Assembly (NCBI GenBank): GCA_964016885.1
Contig: OZ024742.1
Span: 219,542,001-219,606,000, forward strand
Source: Eledone cirrhosa
Taxonomy: Eukaryota
Reading direction: 5' to 3'
Length of the DNA: 64,000 nt
Part shown: piece by piece, positions 61,276 through 64,000 of the stretch
Layout of the letters: the number at the start of each line of letters is the position of its first letter
Numbering within the stretch: the first letter of the stretch is position 1
Made by a program: the position numbers and the translations under genes
Notes under the pieces: generated by a model
Database searches by the model: none
What the model was told of the DNA's origin: nothing
The model's input: the letters and a program-made list of their open reading frames with translations, nothing else

Positions 61276-64000
61276 GGAAATAATAAGTGTTTCACATCTG
61301 ACTGGTAAAATGACAAGTCAGTCAATCATATTGGTGGCCTCCCCACAGCCCCGGCGGACAGAATGGAGAAGGCGTTTCCCAGAGGTCGGCAAGGGAGACG
61401 CACTGGAAAAGCCATTCCAGCTTGCGAGGCTCACACCTGCGGCTGGCCAGCTCAGCACCTATGGTGGTGCGTAGGGAGGTAGGGCCGAGGACACCACTGC
61501 CAAGGGTACAACTGCAAACCTGTCGGAAAGTGACCGGTATTTGAAGAGTTTCGCCTCCTCAGCCCAATGTGCAGCAGAACCTGGGTTAGTTGCAGAGTGC
61601 ACCAGGTTGCGGCTGGAGAAAGTGTCGGTGAAAGTGGCATCCCTGACGGGGGGTTTGCCACCGCGGAACGGGAAGATGGTCTTGCCATCTGGCCTTTGCC
61701 ATCCCCTCGGTCCAGCTCCACTGGCTCAAGCTGGGAAGGGAAGCCTGCAGCGTCCAAGCCATGCTTTATGACCCCGATGAAAGCAGGATGACGTTGAATG
61801 CGGCCGGCACTGTGGCAACAGGAAAGCAGGTGGAGGCCAAAAGAGTCCATGGTGGATCCACAACGATATAGGTGTGGCTCGCAGATCCGGAGGCCAAGCC
61901 TCAAGGAAACGCCGATGTGCAGGCTATTGTTATCCAGCTGCTTGCCAGTGGAGAAGGAGGGAAGGGCATGGAGCCAGGCACCACTGTGAGCGTTTGGGGG
62001 CCACACTAAAACAGGCAAGGCGGTGCTGGTCGAGCTGGCGCGTGAGTCTGTCTGAAGCCAGGCCGCACTGGATGGCATCCCAAATGCTTTGGGGGGACCT
62101 CTACTGGGCTAAGTCCCAGCGGATTCCACATCTCACAGGCGGTCTCACGTTCCTTGATCACAGAGGGTTCCATTGTGTTTTGGAGAACCCTGCTGACGAG
62201 GATGCGGCATGAGGTTATCAACGAAAGAAACGCCAGCAAAGCCAGTGAGATCAGGGACCGAAGGCCAAGGCCGCCATACCTGACAGGTAAAGTGGCCTGT
62301 TGCCATCCAATGTCATCGAACCTGACGTCGCATATCTCCTTGGCTGCTGCTTGGATACAAGTATCGAGGTCAGCGAGGAGAGATGTCTGAGTGTAGCACG
62401 GAGTGCTGCAAAGGGTATGGAGGAACTTCGGCTGGGTCGCTGGTGATCAAGCCCAGTCGTTTTGTGAGGGTCTGGAGTTGTTGGAGCCTAGACTAGATGG
62501 TGGAGCGGATGGCTGGCGGGTGGATCGGTGACCCAAGGATAAGGACATCCGCTTTGGGGGGGGGGGGGGTCACTGTACCTGGTGGAGAATGGACAGCATG
62601 TCCGAGACGGAGGCTGCAAAGCTTTCAGCATCGAGGCTGACATTCACCACCTCCGACCTCAATGTAGCATCATCCAGATACCAAACGTTGAGAGGAGCCG
62701 TGATACTCCGGGCGATGTGGTCTATACCAAGGACAGATGGTCCTGGCATATGCAGTTAAAAGCATTCCTCATGTCAAGCTTGACAATGAGGTGCCTGGAG
62801 TCCCTGGATGCCGGTTCCAGTGGGCAGCTGGGAAGAACTGCCTGGCTGCATGTGCGAGTCCTTCACAGCCATCGAACACGCCGACACCCAGTTCAGGTGT
62901 TATGAACCTGCAGACCATCTTGGCAGCCAACCTCCAGAAGACATTGCCCACAGCGATGGGGCGTATGCCACCCTCTTTCTTCCTGAGAGCAGTCAGACTA
63001 ACCAAAAAAAAAAAGAGGCCTCGGGCATAAGGGTCCAGGGCGCCATGGATAAGCCTATTGGTGAGTGCCATAATTGCACTCAGAAGGCGGCGCCTGGCCT
63101 CAGCGGAGAGGGGGGGATAGCAACACCTTGTGGCTTGGTCGGAGACCATCAGCACCTCTGCTGCTGCTAGCTGGGAAGGACTTGATGACGGATATTATGT
63201 CTGCATCGGAAGCCACAAGGAGCAAGTGGGGATTGGTTGGGGATATGGGTCTGAGGTCAGCGGGTGGCTCAGGGTGCTTGAGTTGCAGGGTAGCCAGGAC
63301 CTCATTGGTGTGTTGGAGGACAGTGTCCTCTGAGGCGACCACTCTGACTGCGGCCGAGACATCACCCATGGTTAATTTAGTGTTTACGCAGTCATGCAAA
63401 TGCTTGGTGCTGGCCTCAGGGGTGGAGGATTGGGGTCACCCGAGAGTGGGGATGTGGCATCCTTAGGCACACTTGGAATGGGCGCTTGCCCATAGGACGA
63501 AACATTGGCCTTGACAAAGGCTGCTGTCGACCGGTCGCCTCGGTCAGTGCTAGAGCTGGGGAGGCCGAGAGCGAGTGGGGCGAAATAGAAGAGTTGCTCC
63601 CAGTTGTTGGCTCAATTGGAGTCCAGGGCGCTCTCAATGAGAAAGTGAGGGCATCGGCTACCAGCACCTGGGCCGCTCTCGGGATCCTGAGTGGGATCTT
63701 CCGGAGCCGCTTGAGCCAAGCGATGTTGACCAGCGAGGCTTGGGCGTCAGGCAAGCTCGCTGTCTCTTCTGGTGGTGTGCCAGACGGCTGTGGCTGGGCA
63801 GACGAGTGGAAGAGACAGTTTCTGCATCTCCCCGATGCGAGGGCACTGGAGGCTCGATGCATGAAGCCAACACAGGTGAGATGGTGGAAGCGGCTGCACC
63901 CCGAACAGTTCCGGCCCCTCTTCCATCTGTTCGTGGTGCTGCAAGCAGCATCAGGTGTGAGTGGCTGGTTGTCACCAGCCTAAGTGCTAGGCACAACCGT
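61276..64000 (-). mobile_element. Degenerate CRE-like non-LTR retrotransposon, copy 2 (in duplication; runs off window)
   Basis: Near-identical to 19716-22462, with small deletions near 62428 and 62659. Confidence 0.8.

Larger units (their letters stand above)
56350..64000 (+). repeat. Segmental duplication, copy 2 (extends beyond window)
   Basis: Begins CCGCTGAGGTTAACTTTGCC as at 15019; offset 41331 bp. Confidence 0.97.

Overview
Repeat-dense, AT-rich eukaryotic genomic DNA with no prokaryotic features. It is most likely an octopod cephalopod; this is inferred from the (TA)n/(GAT)n microsatellites, tRNA-derived SINEs, RTE LINEs and a single-exon tandem C2H2 zinc-finger gene. Host genes: one intact intronless omega-like glutathione S-transferase CDS (40424-41083, +) and a disrupted ~24-finger C2H2 ZNF gene (51170-53640, -). 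The centre holds a 12.3-kb Ty3/Gypsy nest. A degenerate element A (22619-34969, TSD AATG) contains an apparently intact element B with identical LTRs (23851-29881) inserted in its gag, plus a B-type solo LTR in its 3' LTR. The nest interrupts the 5' region of a CRE-like RLE non-LTR retrotransposon, which appears to sit in the TTAGGG-like loop of a foldback repeat. The segment 15019-22462 recurs in direct orientation at 56350-64000. Other items: two hammerhead-ribozyme motifs (~3.7-4.1 kb), a Penelope-like fragment followed by an orphan histone stem-loop, an 18S-3'end/ITS1 rDNA fragment fused to a templated inversion/duplication, a possible 8.6-kb hAT-bounded block, and RTE, CR1 and Penelope LINE fragments. 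All alignments were done by eye; nothing was searched or computed.
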